NCBI RefSeq assembly: GCF_035474595.1
Contig: NZ_DATIND010000152.1
Coordinates: 3,518-67,517 of the forward strand
DNA: 64,000 bases
Direction of reading: 5' to 3'
Source: Longimicrobium sp.
GTDB taxonomy: Bacteria > Gemmatimonadota > Gemmatimonadetes > Longimicrobiales > Longimicrobiaceae
Part shown: in pieces, positions 10,601 through 19,789 of the stretch
How the letters are laid out: every line of letters begins with the position of its first letter
Numbering within the stretch: position 1 is the first letter of the stretch
The notes under the pieces: generated by a model
Told to the model about the DNA's origin: nothing
Seen by the model: only the letters and a program-made list of their open reading frames with translations
The model's database searches: none
Position numbers and translations under genes: made by a program

Positions 10601-13600
10601 GCGGGCGTGGCGCGCGGCTACCTGGGCCGCGCGGCGCTCACTGCGGAGAAGTTCACGCCCGACCCATTCGGAGCGCCGGGAGGGAGGCTGTATCGCACGG
10701 GAGACCGCGCGAGATGGTGCGAAAGCGCGAAAGTGCGAGAGTGCGAAAGTAACCACCCGGCACACCCGCATCCGACGCTCGCGCCGGTGGATGCAGGCCG
10801 CGCCGATTCCGTCCCTCCCCCAGGCAGTTTTGGGGGAGGGACAGGCGAGGAACGAGCCAGGGAGAGGGCCCGCGGAGCCGAGGAAACACTCGCTGCCGAG
10901 CCTCGCGATGAGTCCACTTTCGCACTTTCGCACTCTCGCACTTTCGCACCTTCTCGTACTTTCGCACTTCAGTTCCTGGGTCGATCCGACAACCAGGTGA
11001 AGGTCCGCGGCTTCCGCATCGAGCCGGGCGAGGTGGAGGCGGCGCTCGCGGACCAACGCGGCGTGCTCGAGGCGGTGGTGATGGTTCGCGCCTCCGCGAC
11101 GGGCGAGCCGCGCCTGCTCGGGTGGGTGACGCCGCGTCCCGAATCGGCCATCGACGGCACGACGCTGCGGGCGGCGCTCCGGCGCACGCTCCCCGAGCAC
11201 ATGGTGCCGGCGGAGGTGACGGTCCTCGACGCCTTCCCGCTTACGCCCAACGGCAAGGTCGACCGTGCCGCCCTCCCCGAGCCCGGCCGTACCGCATCCG
11301 CCGCCGACGCCGTGCCGCGCACGCCGACCGAAAAGGCGCTGGCGGAGGTGTGGCGCGAGGTGCTGGGCGTCGATCACGTCGCGCGCGGGGATGGGTTCTT
11401 CGCGCTGGGCGGGCACTCGCTGCTGGCGGCGCGCACGGTGTCGCGGATCCGCGGCGAGCTGGGCGTCGACCTCCCGCTCCGCGACCTGTTCGACGCGCAG
11501 ACGCTGGAGACGCTCGCCGCGCGCATCGACGCGGAGCGCGCCGGCGCGGGAGGCGTGGCGGACGAGCCGATCGCCCGCGTGCCGCGCGACCGGCCGCTGG
11601 CGCTCTCGTTCGCGCAGGAGCGGCTCTGGTTCCTCGATCGCCTGGTTCCCGGCGGCACCGCGTACAACCTGCCGATGCTGCTGCGCCTCCGCGGCCCGCT
11701 GGACCGCGATGTCCTCGCCCGCGCGCTGACCGAAATCGTGCGGCGGCACGAGGCACTGCGCACCGTCTTCGCGCGCACGGACGCCGGGCCGGTGCAGGTC
11801 ATCCATCCCCCCGCGCCCGTCCATCTCCCCTTCACCGACCTGTCGCGCGAGGCCGATCCCCAGGCGGCGTTGCGGGGGGAGATGGATCGCGATGCGTCGA
11901 CCCCGTTCGACCTGGAGCGCGGGCCGCTTCTCCGTCTCCATCTCCTCCGCCTGGGCGACGACGAGCACGCGCTGCTGGTGACGCTGCACCACGTGGCCGG
12001 AGACGCGTGGAGCCTGGAGCGTTTCTACGCCGAGCTGACGGCGCTCTACGGCGCGTTCGCGGCGGGGCGGCCCTCGCCGCTGGACGACCTTCCGGTGCAG
12101 TACGCGGACTTCGCGGCGTGGCAGCGAGGGTGGCTGGCGGGCGACCGGCTCCGCGCGCAGACGGCGTACTGGGCGCGGAAGCTGGCCGGCGCTCCGGTGC
12201 TGGAGCTCCCCGCCGACCGCCCGCGCCACGGCCTGCCGACGCTCGCCGCGGGGCACGTGGAGACCGTGCTCCCGGTGGCCGATGCCGAGCGGATCGAAGC
12301 GGCCGCGCGCGTGGAGGGGGCGACGCCGTTCATGGCGTATCTGGCCCTCTACTGCGCGCTGCTGGCGCGGTGGAGCGGGGAGGACGACGTGGTGGCCGGC
12401 TCCGCCGTGGCGGGGCGGACGCGGGCGGAAACGGAGCCGCTGATCGGCTTCTTCGTGAACGCGCTGGCGCTGCGGACGGACCTCTCCGGCGATCCCACCT
12501 TCCGCGAGCTGCTGCGGCGCGTGCGCGAGACCACGCTGGAGGCGTACGCGCACCAGGACGTGCCCTTCGAGAAGGTGATCGAGTCGCTGAAGCTGGAGCG
12601 CGCGCTCGGCCGCCATCCGCTTACGCCCGCGTCGTTTACGCTGCACCACGAACGCCCCGTCCCCCAGCCGCCCGGGCTGGCGGTGACGGTGGACGCGGAC
12701 GCGGGCGACACCGGCGCGGCCAAGGCCGAGCTGACGCTGGGGATCGTGCGCGGCGAGGGCGCGGCGCGCTGCTCGTGGGAGTACGCCGCCGACCTCTTCG
12801 ACGCGGCGACGATCGAGCGCGTCGCCGGCCGATTCGCGGCGCTGGCGCGCGGGGCGGCGGCCGATCCGGACGCGCGGATCTCCGCGCTGGTGGCCCGCGC
12901 GGAGGCCGGCGAGCGGCGGCAGGTGCTGGCGTGGGGCGTGGCCGAGGCGCCGTATCCCCGCCGCCCCATCCACCGGCTCGTGGCCGAGCAGGCGGCGCGG
13001 ACGCCGGACGCGGTCGCGCTCTCCCGCGGCGCCGAGCGGATGACGTATTCGGAGCTGGACGCCGCCGCCAGCCGCCTCGCGCGCCTTCTCGTCCTTCGCG
13101 GCGTCGGCCCCGAGAGCCGCGTCGGCATCGCCGCGGACCGCATGGCGGGGACGATCGTCGCGGTGCTGGGGGTGCTGAAGGCGGGCGGCGCGTACCTCCC
13201 CCTGGACCCGGCGTACCCGCCGCAGCGGCTGCGCTACATGCTGGACGATTCGGGCGTCCGCACCGTCGTCGCGCCCTCCGCCGCCTCCGCGTCCACGCTG
13301 CCGCTGGACGGCATCGGCGTGGTGGCGCTGGACGCGGAGGCGGACGCGCTCGCGGCGCTTTCGCCGGACGATCCCGGCGTGGAGGTGGACGCGGACAACC
13401 TCGCGTACGTCATCTACACCTCCGGCTCCACCGGGCTGCCGAAGGGCGTGCTCGTGCCCCATCGCGGCATCCCCAACCTGATCGGCGCGCAGGTCCGCCG
13501 CTGGGGCGTCGGCGCGCGGAGCCGCGTGCTGCAGTTCGCCACCTTCGCCTTCGACGCGGCGGTGATCGACGTCTTCACCGCGCTCACCACGGGCGCCACG

Positions 13601-14815
13601 CTGGTCCTGGCCGCGCGCGAGGAGCTGCTTGCGGGCGCGCCGCTCATCGAGCTGCTGCGCCGCGAGCGCATCACCGACGTCACCCTCCCGCCGTCGCTGC
13701 TGGCGGTGCTTCCGGACGCGGACCTTCCCGACCTGCGCACGCTCATCTCCGCGGGCGAGGCGGTGAGCCCGGCGGTGGTCGCGCGCTGGTCGCGCAGGCG
13801 CGAGATGTACGATGCGTACGGGCCCACGGAGATCACCGTCGCCGTCACCACCGGCCGGCTGGCGGCGGACGGGCCGCCGGCGCTGGGCCGCCCGCTGGAG
13901 AACGTGCGCGCGTACGTCCTGGACGCCCGGATGCAGCCGGTGGGCGTGGGGATTCCGGGCGAGCTGTACGTGGGCGGGCCGGGGGTGACGCGCGGCTATC
14001 AGGGCCAGCCGGGGCGCACCGCGGCGGCGTATCTCCCCGATCCGTTCGCGCCGCATCCGGGCGCGCGGATGTACCGCACCGGCGACCGCGTGCGCTGGCT
14101 GGACGACGGGCGGCTGCGGTTCCTGGGGCGGATGGACGCGCAGGTGAAGGTGCGCGGATTCCGCATCGAGCCCGGCGAGATCGCCTCCGTCCTCGCGATG
14201 GCCGATGGGGTGCGCGACGCGGTCGTCGTGCTCCGCGGCCAATCCCCCGACGCCCGCCTCGTCGCCTACGTCGTCCCCGATTCTCCTCCGGACTCCGATC
14301 TCCCGAACAGCGGGAAAAGCGGGGAGACGGGAGATGGAGATGCGTTCGCCGAGCGCCTGCGCGAGCATCTGCGCGCGCGCGTTCCCGAGCACATGATCCC
14401 GAGCGCGATCGTGCCGCTGGATGCGCTGCCGCTGCTGCCGAACGGGAAGATCGACCGCGCGCGCCTCCCCGATCCTCCCGCGCCATCGGGCGGCGCCGCG
14501 CCGCGCGGGGAGGTGGAGCGCACGGTGGCCGCGGCGTGGCGCCATGTGCTCGCGGTCGATGACGTCGGCGTGAACGACAACTTCTTCGAGGTGGGCGGCC
14601 ACTCGCTGCTCGCCGCGCGGCTGCAGGAGGCGCTGGAGAAGGCGCTCGGCCGCGAGATTCCCCTCGTCGACCTCTTCCGCCGCCCCACCATCCGCTCCTT
14701 CGCCGCCGCGCTGGACGCAGACGCCGCGAACGACGGGGCGGCCGCGGAGCCAGCGGCGGCGAAGCGGGGCGATGAGCGGGGCGCGGCGCGGCGGGCGGTG
14801 GTGCGGCGGCGGTAG
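4634..14815 (+). CDS. NRPS2: (C-A-T)x3; A codes approx. Ser-like DVWHTSLVEK, unassigned DIFHFGLILK, aromatic-like DAITIAAVAK
   Basis: ATG 4634 lies 3 nt after the NRPS1 stop; the upstream ORF-track extension overlaps NRPS1. Three HHxxxD C motifs, three A domains, T motifs GGQSL/GGHSL/GGHSL. Confidence 0.93.
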   Translation: MADVANRLQELSPERRRLLELRLRMQREQAAGPELRPRARPDGTAPLSYAQARLWVLERMDPGSAAYNMPHPLRIRGDLDAAALARALDALRARHETLRTTIAERDGEPVQVIGDIVGDRGQATGDRGNGGRAAHLPLVDLSGLSDAAREAEVRRRIDADANTGFDLVAGPLVRASLLRLAADEHVLLLCMHHVVSDGWSMGVFARELGELYAAGRDGRDLKMPPLAVQYADFAAWQREHLQGAVLERLSAFWRDALEGAPPALDLPTDHPRPPAESHRGRTLKTRIEPATANRLRELARNEGATPFNVLAAAVRATLARYAGQDDVVLGTPVANRTRSELEGLIGFFVNTLPLRLRIDPGESFRALVRRERDVALAAFNHQDLPFDRIVEALRLPRDPARNPVFQAMVTLQNARMEPVALGGVEIAPLAPEYDTAKFDLTFDHYDEDDGALRVEVEWATDLWDAATIEHLAARYGTLLDSALRRPDTPAGDLPLVSGPERAELLRLSAGPEAASDPSLTLHALFEAQAARTPAATAVTFEGESLTYAEMDGRANQLAHLLRARGVGMETPVAVMMERSLEMVVALYGILKAGGFFIPIDPEYPADRIAWMLEDCAARLVLTQERWIAHLPASPESIALDAAGVLDGFDAAPVLATADADALAYVIYTSGSTGRPKGAGNAHRGIVNRVLWMLDAIPLRADDVVLQKTPFTFDVALWEFFCPLAAGARLAVLAPGAHRDPARVTEMVAREGVTALHFVPSMMQLWLDEADPARVPTIRRVTASGEAISAELRDRFFARFPAIELHNLYGPTEAAVEVTWHRCAPGEGATVPIGRPVANTRIHVLDGRGHPCPSGVPGELHIAGVQVARGYWRRPALTAERFVPDPFGAAGARMYRTGDRARWCESATVRECESNGPALQHPTLTQSVTGPANPVPPPGSFGGGTGEERARERAAEGADTHSRTLALEYLGRFDFQVKIRGVRVELGEIESALAADASVREAVVVARGAGNEAQLVAYVVAARERGIAVEALRERLARTLPPYMVPAAFVEMAALPLTSSGKVDRKALPAPATPSADAHAAPRTPGEEVLAGIWSRVLRAERVGIDDDFFLLGGQSLLATQVVSRIRGAFGVEVPLRAVFEAPTVRRLAARIEALRGTGEAPLPPVVPTDRGGAMPLSFAQERTWFLERMEPEAGAYNMPVRIRLRGEIDAQALRCALETVVHRHEALRTRIREENGLATQTVAPPEPLHLPLVEADGEAAAMRVLDEEAWRPIDLERGPTLRALLVRIVAEDERVSEAGADAGSLSHSRTLALSHPVPEHVLALNVHHALADGWSLGIILREASAAYETIARGEEPELPPVSLQYGDFAAWQRAHLTPERIAVEARWWRERLAGAPPLLELPTDRPRPARRAHRGAALTFHLPLDLVARVHALAAEEGATAFMALLAGWQALLGRLSGQEDVVVGTPQAGRARAETEGIVGLFVNMLALRGDLSGDPPFRALLARAREATLGAFAHAELPFEKLVEALETERSLSHAPVFQAMFTLHSQETGCLALPGVSASFGEIGERAAKLDLSLNLEATAGGGMEGVLEYATDLFDAVTAERIAARFATLMQAFAADPDARISAASALLPGERERLLAWGDGGDAAPFVATHQLVSAAAQLRPDTAALRFGEMEIGYGEMERRAGALAAVLREAGVRAGVPVAVMLERGPEQVIAALAAWKAGGAFLPIDPAYPAGRRAYMLADSGARVLLTSGKLADGLDTGAARVIDIAGADAREPVDASDADPATLAYVIYTSGSTGRPKGVEVSHGALANLLAATRNAFGVRAGDVMPALASFAFDIWLFEAVLPLTAGATVRIVSRERVLDAAALAEDAADATLLHAVPALMREVARAGRLPRLRRTFVGGDRVPADLAAEMRAAFPSAETHILYGPTEGTILASAHAVPADARVDGHPIGQPFAGVRLYVCDPAGGLQPPGVAGELLIGGAGVARGYLGRAALTAEKFTPDPFGAPGGRLYRTGDRARWCESAKVRECESNHPAHPHPTLAPVDAGRADSVPPPGSFGGGTGEERARERARGAEETLAAEPRDESTFALSHSRTFAPSRTFALQFLGRSDNQVKVRGFRIEPGEVEAALADQRGVLEAVVMVRASATGEPRLLGWVTPRPESAIDGTTLRAALRRTLPEHMVPAEVTVLDAFPLTPNGKVDRAALPEPGRTASAADAVPRTPTEKALAEVWREVLGVDHVARGDGFFALGGHSLLAARTVSRIRGELGVDLPLRDLFDAQTLETLAARIDAERAGAGGVADEPIARVPRDRPLALSFAQERLWFLDRLVPGGTAYNLPMLLRLRGPLDRDVLARALTEIVRRHEALRTVFARTDAGPVQVIHPPAPVHLPFTDLSREADPQAALRGEMDRDASTPFDLERGPLLRLHLLRLGDDEHALLVTLHHVAGDAWSLERFYAELTALYGAFAAGRPSPLDDLPVQYADFAAWQRGWLAGDRLRAQTAYWARKLAGAPVLELPADRPRHGLPTLAAGHVETVLPVADAERIEAAARVEGATPFMAYLALYCALLARWSGEDDVVAGSAVAGRTRAETEPLIGFFVNALALRTDLSGDPTFRELLRRVRETTLEAYAHQDVPFEKVIESLKLERALGRHPLTPASFTLHHERPVPQPPGLAVTVDADAGDTGAAKAELTLGIVRGEGAARCSWEYAADLFDAATIERVAGRFAALARGAAADPDARISALVARAEAGERRQVLAWGVAEAPYPRRPIHRLVAEQAARTPDAVALSRGAERMTYSELDAAASRLARLLVLRGVGPESRVGIAADRMAGTIVAVLGVLKAGGAYLPLDPAYPPQRLRYMLDDSGVRTVVAPSAASASTLPLDGIGVVALDAEADALAALSPDDPGVEVDADNLAYVIYTSGSTGLPKGVLVPHRGIPNLIGAQVRRWGVGARSRVLQFATFAFDAAVIDVFTALTTGATLVLAAREELLAGAPLIELLRRERITDVTLPPSLLAVLPDADLPDLRTLISAGEAVSPAVVARWSRRREMYDAYGPTEITVAVTTGRLAADGPPALGRPLENVRAYVLDARMQPVGVGIPGELYVGGPGVTRGYQGQPGRTAAAYLPDPFAPHPGARMYRTGDRVRWLDDGRLRFLGRMDAQVKVRGFRIEPGEIASVLAMADGVRDAVVVLRGQSPDARLVAYVVPDSPPDSDLPNSGKSGETGDGDAFAERLREHLRARVPEHMIPSAIVPLDALPLLPNGKIDRARLPDPPAPSGGAAPRGEVERTVAAAWRHVLAVDDVGVNDNFFEVGGHSLLAARLQEALEKALGREIPLVDLFRRPTIRSFAAALDADAANDGAAAEPAAAKRGDERGAARRAVVRRR
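4971..5020 (+). repeat. AGGGGAC heptamer array in frame in the NRPS2 first C domain
   Basis: Encodes GDIVGDRGQATGDRGN; same site as in NRPS1. Confidence 0.85.
7339..7529 (+). repeat. In-frame palindromic A7-A8 insert, copy 2 (63 codons)
   Basis: Same arms (right arm shortened) and same core; lies between RW and LEYLGR. Confidence 0.95.
8544..8578 (+). repeat. CACTYTCG octamer array inside a C-domain loop of NRPS2
   Basis: Four full units plus a partial one, the same unit as the right arm of the A-domain inserts; part of an approx. 26-aa extra segment. Confidence 0.9.
10717..10967 (+). repeat. In-frame palindromic A7-A8 insert, copy 3 (83 codons)
   Basis: Same arms (right arm extended) and same core. 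Confidence 0.95.
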
Positions 14816-15271
14816 CGGAGACTCAGCGCGGGGACGGAGGGCGGCTCGATCCCGCCGCATCGCGCCCTCTCCGGCCGGCCTAGGCCGTCCACCTCTCCCG
14901 TACCGGGAGAGGTGGCTGGGCACCATCCGCGCGATGGGATGGCACCTTGCCCGCCTGGCTGGCCCCCTCCCCCCGGGCCCCTCCGCCCGCTCCGCGGGGG
15001 AGGGGAGAACTCAACGCGGGGGGAGCTTCGGGAGCGCGGGGATGCCTGATTGGGCCCACGCATCACACGCAAGGCGATGCGTGCGCGGCGGTTGAGCGCC
15101 ACGATCGAAGTTACCCCCTCCCGTTATCGGGGCCCGTTATCGGGAGGGGGTACGCGGCCCCAGCCGCGGGGGGGGCCGCGCGGGGGGAGGGGTTCCACGG
15201 GAGCGGCCTCAGCGCGCCATCGCCAGGACGCACTGAGTTGATCCATCGATCCACCGATCACCGAAATCCGA
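14816..15271. repeat. Intergenic composite REP-like palindrome cassette 1
   Basis: Unit A 14858-14920, unit B 14949-15020, unit C 15105-15176. Confidence 0.85.
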
Positions 15272-18200
15272 ATGAGCTTCGAAGAGTCCGAAGAGCTGGA
15301 GAATGCGGGCACAGGCGGCACCGACATCGCCGTCATCGGTCTCTCCGCGCGCTTTCCCGGCGGGGAGACGGTGGAGGAGCTGTGGGGGCTGCTCGCCTCG
15401 GGGCGCGAGGCCATCCGCGCGCTCACCGAGGCCGAGCTGCGTGCGTCCGGTGTCCCGAAGTCGGCGCTCGACGACCCGTCGTACGTGAAGCGGATGGGGG
15501 TGCTGCGCGACGTGGAGATGTTCGACGCCGCGTTCTTCGGCTATTCGCCGCGCGAGGCCGAGGTGCTGGAGCCGGCGCACCGCATCTTCCTGGAGTGCGC
15601 CTGGGAGGCGCTCGAGAACGCCGGGTGCGACCCCGCGCGCTTCCCCGGCGCGGTGGGCGTGTTCGCCGGCTGCGGCGAGTCCAACTACACCGAGGCCAAC
15701 GTGTTGCCGCGCCGCGACGTGGTGGCGGCGCTCGGCGGGTTCCAGCTCTCCGTGGGCAGCAACAAGGACTTCTTCGCCACGCGCGTGGCCTACAAGCTGG
15801 ACCTGCGCGGCCCGGCGATGGCCGTGCAGACCGGCTGCTCGTCGTCGCTCGTGGCCATTCACGTGGCCGCGCAGGCGCTGCTGGCGCGCGAGTGCGACGT
15901 GGCGCTGGCGGGCGGCGCGTCCATCCTCGTGCCCCTGCATTCCGGCTACGCGTGGGAGCCCGGCGGCATCATGAGCGCCGACGGCACCTGCCGGCCGTTC
16001 GACGCCGATTCCACCGGCTCGGCGGCGGGGAGCGGCGCGGGCGCGGTGGTGCTGAAGCGCCTGGAAGACGCGCTGCGCGATGGAGATACGGTCCGCGCGG
16101 TGATCCGCGGCTCGGCGGTGAACAACGACGGGGGATTGAAGGTCGCCTTCACCGCGCCCTCCGTGGAAGGCCAGGCGGCGGTGATCGGCGAGGCGCTGGC
16201 GGTGGCCGGCGTGCACCCCGAGTCCATCCGCTTCGTGGAGGGGCACGGGAGCGGCACGGAGCTGGGCGACCCGGTCGAGATCGCCGCGCTGACCGAGGCG
16301 TTCCGGCTGCACACCGGGCGCACCGGCTTCTGCGCGGTCGGCAGCATCAAGAGCAGCGTCGGGCATACGGACGCGGCCGCGGGCGTCGCCGGCTTCATCA
16401 AGACGGTGCTGGCGCTGGAGCACGCCATCGTCCCGCCCACGGCCAACTTCCGCGCGCCGAACCCGCGCATCCCCTTCGCCTCGTCGCCCTTCTACGTCAG
16501 CGCCGCCGCCGAGCCGTGGGAGCGGGGAAGCGAGCCGCGCCGCGCGGGCGTCAGCTCGTTCGGCATCGGGGGGACGAACGCGCACGTGATCCTGGAGGAG
16601 GCGCCCGCGCCGGTGCCGTCCCGTTCGCGCCGCGCGTGGCATCTCCTCACGCTCTCCGCGAAGACGGCATCCGCGCTGGATGCGGCGACGGCGCGGCTGG
16701 CGGCGCATCTCCGCGATCACCCCGGTCTTCCGCTCGCCGACGCCGCCCACACGCTCCAGACGGGACGCCGGGAGATGGCGCACCGGCGCGTCCTGGCCAT
16801 CCGCGAGGGGGAGGATGCGGCGGCGCTGCTGGAGGGGCGCCAGCCGGAGCGCCTCGTCTCCGCGTCGGTGGACGACCAGCTGCGCTCCGTCGCCTTCCTC
16901 TTCCCCGGCGTGGGCGACCAGTACCCGCAGATGGCGCGCGGGCTGTACGAGTCCGAGCCCGTCTTCCGCGCGGAGGTGGACCGCTGCGCGGAGATCCTGC
17001 GCGCGCGCTTCGGCCTGGACCTCGTCGCCGCGCTCTATCCCGGCGCCGCGTCCGCGGAGGCCGACCCCGGCGCGGGCGTCGATCTCCGCGCGATGCTGGC
17101 GCGCGAGGAGGCCGACCCCGCCGCGGAGGCGCTGAACCGCACGGAGGTGGCGCAGCCCGCCGTCTTCGTCGTCGAGTACGCGCTCGCCAGGCTGTGGATG
17201 AGCTGGGGGATTGTGCCCGCCGCGCTCATCGGCCACTCGCTCGGCGAGTACGCGGCGGCGGCGATCGCCGGCATCTTCTCGCTGGAGGACGCGCTGGAGC
17301 TGGTGACGGCGCGCGGGCGGATGATCGGGCAGCTCCCCGCGGGCGCCATGCTCGCCGTCCCCCTCTCGGCCGACGCGGTGCGCCCGTTCCTGGTCGACGG
17401 CGCGGACGTCGCCGCTCTCAACGCGCCGGAGATGTGCACCGTCGCGGGGATGCCGGAGGCGGTGGAGACGGTGCGCCTCCGCCTGGCCGACGCGGGGCAC
17501 GTCGCCAGGCCGCTCCGCGCGACGCACGCCTTCCACTCGCCGCAGATGGACCCGCTGGTCGCGCCGGTGCGGGAGATGGCGGCGCGGATGCGGCTGCGCG
17601 CGCCCGCCATCCCCCTGGTCAGCGACGTCACGGGGACGTGGCTCACGCCGGAGGAGGCGGCCGATCCGGCGTACTGGGCGCGCCACATCCGCGAGCCGGT
17701 GCGGTTCGAGCGCGGCGTCGCGGCGCTCCTCGCCGATCCCGGGCGCGTGCTGCTGGAGCTCGGCCCGGGTCAGACGCTGTCGACCTTTGTGCGCCAGCGC
17801 GCGGACGCGGCCGGCGTCCCCGTCATCCCTACCGTCCGCTACCCGTACGACCGCACGCCGGACGCGGCGTTCGCGATGAATGCGCTCGGGCGGCTCTGGC
17901 TGGCGGGCGTGACGCCGGACTGGCGCGCCTTCCACGACGGCGAGCGCCTGCGCCGCATCCCCCTGCCCACCTACCCGTGGGAGCGCCGCCGCTACTGGAT
18001 CGACACGCCGGCGGAGGGCGATGCCGCTCCCCTCGCGCCGCGGGCGGGCAAGCGCGCGGACCCGGCGGAGTGGCTCTACACGCCGGTGTGGAAGCGCACT
18101 CCCGCCGTCCGCTCGTCTGACGCCGGCGACGGCGCGCGCTGGCTGGTGTTCACGGACGGCGGGGGGATGGGGGATGACGCTGCCGCCGCGCTGCGCGAGC

Positions 18201-19789
18201 GCGGGTGCGAGGTCGTGCTCGTCCGCCCCGGCGAGCGCTTCGAAGCCGCCACCGCGGGGGAGATGGCGATCCGCCCCGGCGCGCGCGAGGACTACGACGC
18301 GCTGGTCCGCGAGGCCGCCGCGGGCGATTCCCCCCTGCACGCGCTCCACCTCGGCGCGCTGGGGGAATCGGGGGCGCGGGGGATGGCGTTCGTGGGCGTC
18401 GCGCTGCTGGCGGCGGCGCTCGGAAGGCGCGGCGTCCCCGCCCGCCTGGTCGCGGTGACGGCGGGCGCGCACGACGTCACCGGCGCGGAGGTGCCGGACC
18501 CGTTCGCCGCGACGGTGGCGGGTGCCTGCGCCGTCGCGCCGGAGGAGCACCCCGCGCTCCGCTGCGCCGTGATCGACGTGGAGCGGGACGATCGCGCCGC
18601 CGCCGCGCTCGTCGCCGCGGAAGCGCTGGGGGCGAGGGAGGATGCCGCCGTCGCCATCCGCCGCGGGCGCCGCTGGGTGCGCGGCTTCGACCGCGTCTCG
18701 CCGTCTCCCATCTCCATCTCCCGTGGCGAAACGTGGTTCTTCGCGGGCGGGCTGGACGGGCGCAACGAGACGCTGGCGCGCCACCTGGCGCTCCGCCACG
18801 GCGCGCGGCTGGTGCTGGCCGACGAGCGCATCCCCGACCGCGCCGCGTGGGACGCCGTGGCCGCCGCGCGGCTGGCCGACGACCCCGTGCGCCGCCGCAT
18901 CGACATCGTCCGCGCGCTGGAATCCGCCGGCATCGAGGTGCTGACGCTGCGCTCCCGGCTCGACAACCCGCGCGTCGCGGGTGATGCGCTGGCCGCCGCG
19001 GAGCGCCGCTTCGGCCGCGTCCACGGCGTCGTCATCTCCCCCACGCTCGACGGGCTGGACGGCTTCGAGGCGCTGGCCGACGCCGCGCCGGGCGACTGGA
19101 CGCGCCGCCTCGGCATCGCCGCGCAGGAGCTGGAATCGCTGCGCGCCGCGCTCGCGTCGAGGGACGTGGGCGTGGTGATGGTGGAATCGTCCCTCACCCC
19201 CGTCCTGGGCGGCGTGGGGCGCGGGCGCATGGCCGCCGCGCAGGCGTTCGTCGACGCCTTCGCCGCCGCCACCCCCGGGTGGACGTCGCTCGCGTGGGAC
19301 CGCTGGCACGACGCGGCCGAGGTGGACGGCGGCTACGGGATGACGGAGGACGAGGCCGCGCGGGCGTTCGAGCACGCGCTCTCGCTGGCCGGCGAGCCGC
19401 GCCTCCTCGTCTCCACCGGCGACGTGGCCGCGCGCATCGCGGAGGCGCACCGGCCGGCGACCCAAACGCCCGCCGGCCACGCGCGCCCGGAGCTGGGGAC
19501 GGACTACGTGGCCCCGCGGACCGAGGCGGAGGAGGCGGTCGCGCGGATGTGGGAGGAGCTGCTGGGGATCGACCGCATCGGCGTGCACGACGACTTCTTC
19601 GGGATGGGCGGGCACTCGCTGCTGGCCACGCAGATCGTGTCGCGCGTGCGCACGCAGTTCGGCCTGGAGCTGCCGCTGAAGTCGGTGTTCGAGGCGCCCA
19701 CCGTCGCGCGCTACGCGGAGCTGATCGAGGCCGCGATCATGGCCGAGATCGAGGAGATGTCGGAGGAGGAGATTCTGAGTTTGGTGTGA
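15272..19789 (+). CDS. PKS1: hybrid-type KS - AT(malonyl) - degenerate KR - carrier protein
   Basis: KS triad TGCSSS, HGSGT, GHTDAAAG. Hybrid KS motif DFFATRVAYKLDLRGP. AT GHSLG plus HAFH. KR-like region lacks GxGxxG and the catalytic Tyr. Carrier GGHSL. Confidence 0.92.
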   Translation: MSFEESEELENAGTGGTDIAVIGLSARFPGGETVEELWGLLASGREAIRALTEAELRASGVPKSALDDPSYVKRMGVLRDVEMFDAAFFGYSPREAEVLEPAHRIFLECAWEALENAGCDPARFPGAVGVFAGCGESNYTEANVLPRRDVVAALGGFQLSVGSNKDFFATRVAYKLDLRGPAMAVQTGCSSSLVAIHVAAQALLARECDVALAGGASILVPLHSGYAWEPGGIMSADGTCRPFDADSTGSAAGSGAGAVVLKRLEDALRDGDTVRAVIRGSAVNNDGGLKVAFTAPSVEGQAAVIGEALAVAGVHPESIRFVEGHGSGTELGDPVEIAALTEAFRLHTGRTGFCAVGSIKSSVGHTDAAAGVAGFIKTVLALEHAIVPPTANFRAPNPRIPFASSPFYVSAAAEPWERGSEPRRAGVSSFGIGGTNAHVILEEAPAPVPSRSRRAWHLLTLSAKTASALDAATARLAAHLRDHPGLPLADAAHTLQTGRREMAHRRVLAIREGEDAAALLEGRQPERLVSASVDDQLRSVAFLFPGVGDQYPQMARGLYESEPVFRAEVDRCAEILRARFGLDLVAALYPGAASAEADPGAGVDLRAMLAREEADPAAEALNRTEVAQPAVFVVEYALARLWMSWGIVPAALIGHSLGEYAAAAIAGIFSLEDALELVTARGRMIGQLPAGAMLAVPLSADAVRPFLVDGADVAALNAPEMCTVAGMPEAVETVRLRLADAGHVARPLRATHAFHSPQMDPLVAPVREMAARMRLRAPAIPLVSDVTGTWLTPEEAADPAYWARHIREPVRFERGVAALLADPGRVLLELGPGQTLSTFVRQRADAAGVPVIPTVRYPYDRTPDAAFAMNALGRLWLAGVTPDWRAFHDGERLRRIPLPTYPWERRRYWIDTPAEGDAAPLAPRAGKRADPAEWLYTPVWKRTPAVRSSDAGDGARWLVFTDGGGMGDDAAAALRERGCEVVLVRPGERFEAATAGEMAIRPGAREDYDALVREAAAGDSPLHALHLGALGESGARGMAFVGVALLAAALGRRGVPARLVAVTAGAHDVTGAEVPDPFAATVAGACAVAPEEHPALRCAVIDVERDDRAAAALVAAEALGAREDAAVAIRRGRRWVRGFDRVSPSPISISRGETWFFAGGLDGRNETLARHLALRHGARLVLADERIPDRAAWDAVAAARLADDPVRRRIDIVRALESAGIEVLTLRSRLDNPRVAGDALAAAERRFGRVHGVVISPTLDGLDGFEALADAAPGDWTRRLGIAAQELESLRAALASRDVGVVMVESSLTPVLGGVGRGRMAAAQAFVDAFAAATPGWTSLAWDRWHDAAEVDGGYGMTEDEAARAFEHALSLAGEPRLLVSTGDVAARIAEAHRPATQTPAGHARPELGTDYVAPRTEAEEAVARMWEELLGIDRIGVHDDFFGMGGHSLLATQIVSRVRTQFGLELPLKSVFEAPTVARYAELIEAAIMAEIEEMSEEEILSLV

